Of a DNA stretch of 8,934 nt, positions 6,623 to 8,934 are shown in pieces. The translations under genes were made by a program, and so were the position numbers. Every line of letters starts with the position of its first letter. The first letter of the stretch is position 1. The notes under the pieces are model-generated. The model did no database searches. It was not told where the DNA came from and saw nothing but the letters and a program-made list of their open reading frames with translations. This stretch comes from a virus (taxonomy: Duplodnaviria > Heunggongvirae > Uroviricota > Caudoviricetes). The stretch lies in the IMG/VR virus record IMGVR_UViG_2700989168_000005, one strand, 5' to 3'.

Positions 6623-8597
6623 TCACTCCTCCGGACAGCTTCGCTGCCAGTTCTTCAAGGGTCGGTTGTGCAGTTGCATCCTTGCGGGATNNNNNNNNNN
6701 NNNNNNNNNNNNNNNNNNNNNNNNNNNNNNNNNNNNNNNNNNNNNNNNNNNNNNNNNNNNNNNNNNNNNNNNNNNNNNNNNNNNNNNGCACGGACACACG
6801 TAATGCCGCATAGGCATACACCAGGCAGTCCAGCGCTTCGTTACGCCGCTTTTTGTTATCCCACAACAGACGCATCTTTCCTTTTTCCCACTTTTCCACC
6901 AGTTCCTCCGCCACCAGTTGTTGTGCCTCTGTCTGCGAAAAAATCTCCGGATTATCAGGAAAGCGGATGGCATACGATGTGGCCTCATTCACAGGGGTGG
7001 GATCGGCCTTCATTCGGGCATAGAGAATTTCTTTTGCGGTATCCGTCCCCACCTCACACAGATACACACCCCGCTGATTGCGGGTTTTCGGCATGGTGAT
7101 CACCGGCTTGCCATAGACAGAGGCACCTTTTACCGGCAGTACCCGGAAAATACCGTGTTTTTTTGACCTCTGATACACGATTTCGCCATCGATCCCCCCG
7201 ATATCCCAGCAGACACGGGAAATGGTCATTTCGGTACCGTCTGCATGGCGGTATTTTTTATTGATCGCCGCATCCACACGTAACAGCGTCTCTTCCTCAT
7301 CAGGACGTCCCATGATGATGATTTTATCCACCAGAAAGGCTTCCTCTCCCGGAGCCCACCCCCAGACATACATCTCAAAACGGTTTCGCTGCGAGTCAAT
7401 GCCCGCCGTCAGATAAACCACCCGGACAGGCACCGTTGCCGTGTAAGGCACAACCTTATCCATCAGTACCTGGTGATCGAGTTTTTCGCCCACGGCCTCT
7501 TCCCAGGTCTCGCCCAGCGTGGTGTTCACAAAAGTTTTCACGCCGTTGGGATCTTTCAGTGCATCCAGCCAGTCACAGACTATCTGTACCCTGGTGGTGA
7601 ACGGACTGTACGCCGTCCATATATGGAAAGTGATGGAGCGCGGCGGCGGAATTTCATTACCCGAAGCACTGAAAAACGTCAGACCGTCACACGTCCACAT
7701 CCCGGTATTGTCACAAATCCAGCGCCCCCCGGTCTGATCAAGTTCAGACTGACGGATCACGCAGCCATTATGTTCACACAGGTAATACACCGTTTCCGGT
7801 TTACCCTTCTCCCATTTCAGGCCAAACGACGTCGCATCATCGCCAAACTTCAGATACTGCTCCTCCCCGCAATGAGGGCAAGGGACATAAAACCGCATGA
7901 AATGCGCAGATTCATTCGCAGCTTTTTCAATCTGACAGGAGCCTTTAATTTTTGGCGTTGAACCGCGTATGGATTTTGGCCATACCGAACCTTCAATACG
8001 TTTATCGCCAAGCAGTGTTGGCGAACCTTCTTTTTCCACATCCGGTTCAAACGAGGAGAGTTCGTCATAGCAGACCACATCGACAGATTTTTCACGGTAG
8101 TTTTTGGCAGCAGCACCACCCAAACACCAGAACCCCACACCAGAGGAAAAACGCTTCAGTGTGAGCGTATTATCCCGGTGTTTCCGGCCCAGCCAGGGAG
8201 AAAGTTTTTTCAGGCAAGGAACATCACGAATTGTTGCTTCCACGTGAGACTTCATAAAATCTTCAGCAGCTGAGTCCGTCGGCTGAAAAAGAAGAGTGTT
8301 GCGGGATTTGTGCTCAATAAAATACCCGATCACACCAAGCACCATTTTTGTATAACCAACACGGGCAGATTTAATCAGGTTAACTGTACGAATCTCGTCA
8401 TTGCCCATGCAGTTCATGATGGCGACCTGAAACTGCAGCGTTTTCCATTCCCCCTCACCGTATGACGATTCTTTAGGCAGGTAATAATTTTGATCGGCCC
8501 ATTCTACAGCCGTCACCGGCAATACCCTGACCAGTGGCTGCAGTGCGATAGTGACTGCCACCATCATATTACTCAGTTGTTGTTCTGATATATTCAT
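6606..8597 (-). CDS. A: terminase large subunit gpA (contains an N-gap near the 3' end)
   Basis: Strong colinear similarity to lambda gpA across the ORF (MNIS..., TAVEWAD-NYYLPKES, KSARVGY-KM-LGV, FIEHK-RNTL, NTLT-KRF--G-GFWCLGG-AAKNYREKSVDV, EGSPT-LGDKRIEGSVWPKSIRGSTPK, C-IE-AA-ES-HFMRF-V-CPHCGEEQYLKFGD, YLCEHN-CVIRQ, HIWTAYSPFTT, KTFVNTTLGETWE, YLTAGIDSQ, WGW-PGEE, IIMGR-D-E-TLLRVD-AINK, SKKHG-FRV-P-KGASVYGKPV, EQVEKW, LWD-KKRRNEALDC-VYA-AALR). ORF track starts at 8654, but homology begins at the ATG at 8597 (MNIS), which gives a ~29-nt overlap with the Nu1 3' end as in lambda. The N-run 6691-6787 lies near the C-terminus; the lambda-like tail resumes in frame after it. Confidence 0.95.
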   Translation of the reverse strand: MNISEQQLSNMMVAVTIALQPLVRVLPVTAVEWADQNYYLPKESSYGEGEWKTLQFQVAIMNCMGNDEIRTVNLIKSARVGYTKMVLGVIGYFIEHKSRNTLLFQPTDSAAEDFMKSHVEATIRDVPCLKKLSPWLGRKHRDNTLTLKRFSSGVGFWCLGGAAAKNYREKSVDVVCYDELSSFEPDVEKEGSPTLLGDKRIEGSVWPKSIRGSTPKIKGSCQIEKAANESAHFMRFYVPCPHCGEEQYLKFGDDATSFGLKWEKGKPETVYYLCEHNGCVIRQSELDQTGGRWICDNTGMWTCDGLTFFSASGNEIPPPRSITFHIWTAYSPFTTRVQIVCDWLDALKDPNGVKTFVNTTLGETWEEAVGEKLDHQVLMDKVVPYTATVPVRVVYLTAGIDSQRNRFEMYVWGWAPGEEAFLVDKIIIMGRPDEEETLLRVDAAINKKYRHADGTEMTISRVCWDIGGIDGEIVYQRSKKHGIFRVLPVKGASVYGKPVITMPKTRNQRGVYLCEVGTDTAKEILYARMKADPTPVNEATSYAIRFPDNPEIFSQTEAQQLVAEELVEKWEKGKMRLLWDNKKRRNEALDCLVYAYAALRVSVXXXXXXXXXXXXXXXXXXXXXXXXXXXXXXXXXSRKDATAQPTLEELAAKLSGGVNGYSR
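6691..6787. other. Run of 97 N (assembly gap or masked sequence) inside the 3' end of terminase large subunit gene A
   Basis: Directly visible. Confidence 1.
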
Positions 8598-8892
8598 CGA
8601 GTAAATCCGGTAATTTATCCCCCGCACGCGCGCACTGATTCGCTCCCTTAGCAATAAGGATTTTCAGATGATCAATATGACGCGGCGTTAAATCCGGGAA
8701 CTGTCGTTGCATGGACAAAGGAATGGAGTCAAGCGTACTGGATAAAGCCATCGCCAGCTTACTAAGGGCAAAAATACAAAATCCGGTATCGATAAGATTT
8801 CCTTTTGACACCTGATTTTTTAACTGCTGTGCGACAGCCTGTTCTGCGGTCAGTTCCCATCTGGCAATGAGTAGTTTGAGGTGTACTGGCAA
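8569..8892 (-). CDS. Nu1: terminase small subunit (Nu1-like), C-terminal two-thirds only; N-terminal DNA-binding domain absent (possible pseudogene or remnant)
   Basis: Translation from ~ARWELTAEQAVAQQLKN to the end aligns with lambda Nu1 from about residue 83 onward (ETAFCTFVLSRIAGEIASILDGLPLSVQRRFPELENRHVDFLK...LSEYIEQSG vs DTGFCIFALSKLAMALSSTLDSIPLSMQRQFPDLTPRHIDHLK...LDEYIRTTTE). The ORF track's start is a TTG at 8892 with no convincing Shine-Dalgarno. In-frame stops lie just upstream (TAG 8902-8904 and a TAA further upstream), and no other frame of 8893-8934 shows Nu1 similarity. Confidence 0.75.
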   Translation of the reverse strand: MPVHLKLLIARWELTAEQAVAQQLKNQVSKGNLIDTGFCIFALSKLAMALSSTLDSIPLSMQRQFPDLTPRHIDHLKILIAKGANQCARAGDKLPDLLDEYIRTTTE

Positions 8893-8934
8893 TAGCGGAC
8901 ACTACCATTTGTTCTTTTTTTAAGCAGCCATCTG

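Noticed and set aside
7473-7961. 162-aa plus-strand ORF antisense to terminase gene A (plus others at 6918-7166, 7222-7416, 7952-8164)
   Set aside because: Shadow ORFs inside the terminase large subunit gene, with no supporting similarity or signals.
8598-8654. 19-codon 5' extension of the A ORF (MLRERISARVRGINYRIYS)
   Set aside because: Homology to lambda gpA begins exactly at the internal ATG at 8597 (MNIS...). The extension is simply the Nu1 3' end read in another frame.
8893-8934. Possible insertion-sequence terminus at the window edge
   Set aside because: The 42 nt do not match any IS terminal inverted repeat I can recall (IS1, IS2), and the stretch is too short to judge. Reported only as a junction of unknown nature.

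Overview
The whole window is the head-morphogenesis / DNA-packaging module of a lambda-like (lambdoid) siphovirus or prophage, encoded entirely on the minus strand in the canonical lambda order: Nu1 (partial) - A - W - B - C/Nu3 - D - E - FI - FII - Z - U, with the ribosome-binding site of the next gene (V) at the window start. Assignments rest on my recognition of the translated ORFs as homologues of the phage lambda proteins; no search was run. Gene packing is tight, with ATGA-type overlaps at W/B and Z/U. Plus-strand ORFs look like antisense artefacts. I did not find a clearly novel system. The notable points are: (1) a diverged tandem triplication of a ~47-50 aa module in the C/Nu3 scaffold tail, abutting an N-gap; (2) a 1-nt frameshift in portal gene B at an A6/T6 homopolymer; (3) a small-terminase gene lacking its N-terminal DNA-binding domain, with in-frame stops and unrelated AT-rich sequence at the window edge; (4) a terminator-like hairpin plus U-tract between E and FI on the coding strand; (5) two N-runs (3410-3518, 6691-6787) inside C and A. 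Together these are compatible with a draft-assembled, possibly defective prophage.
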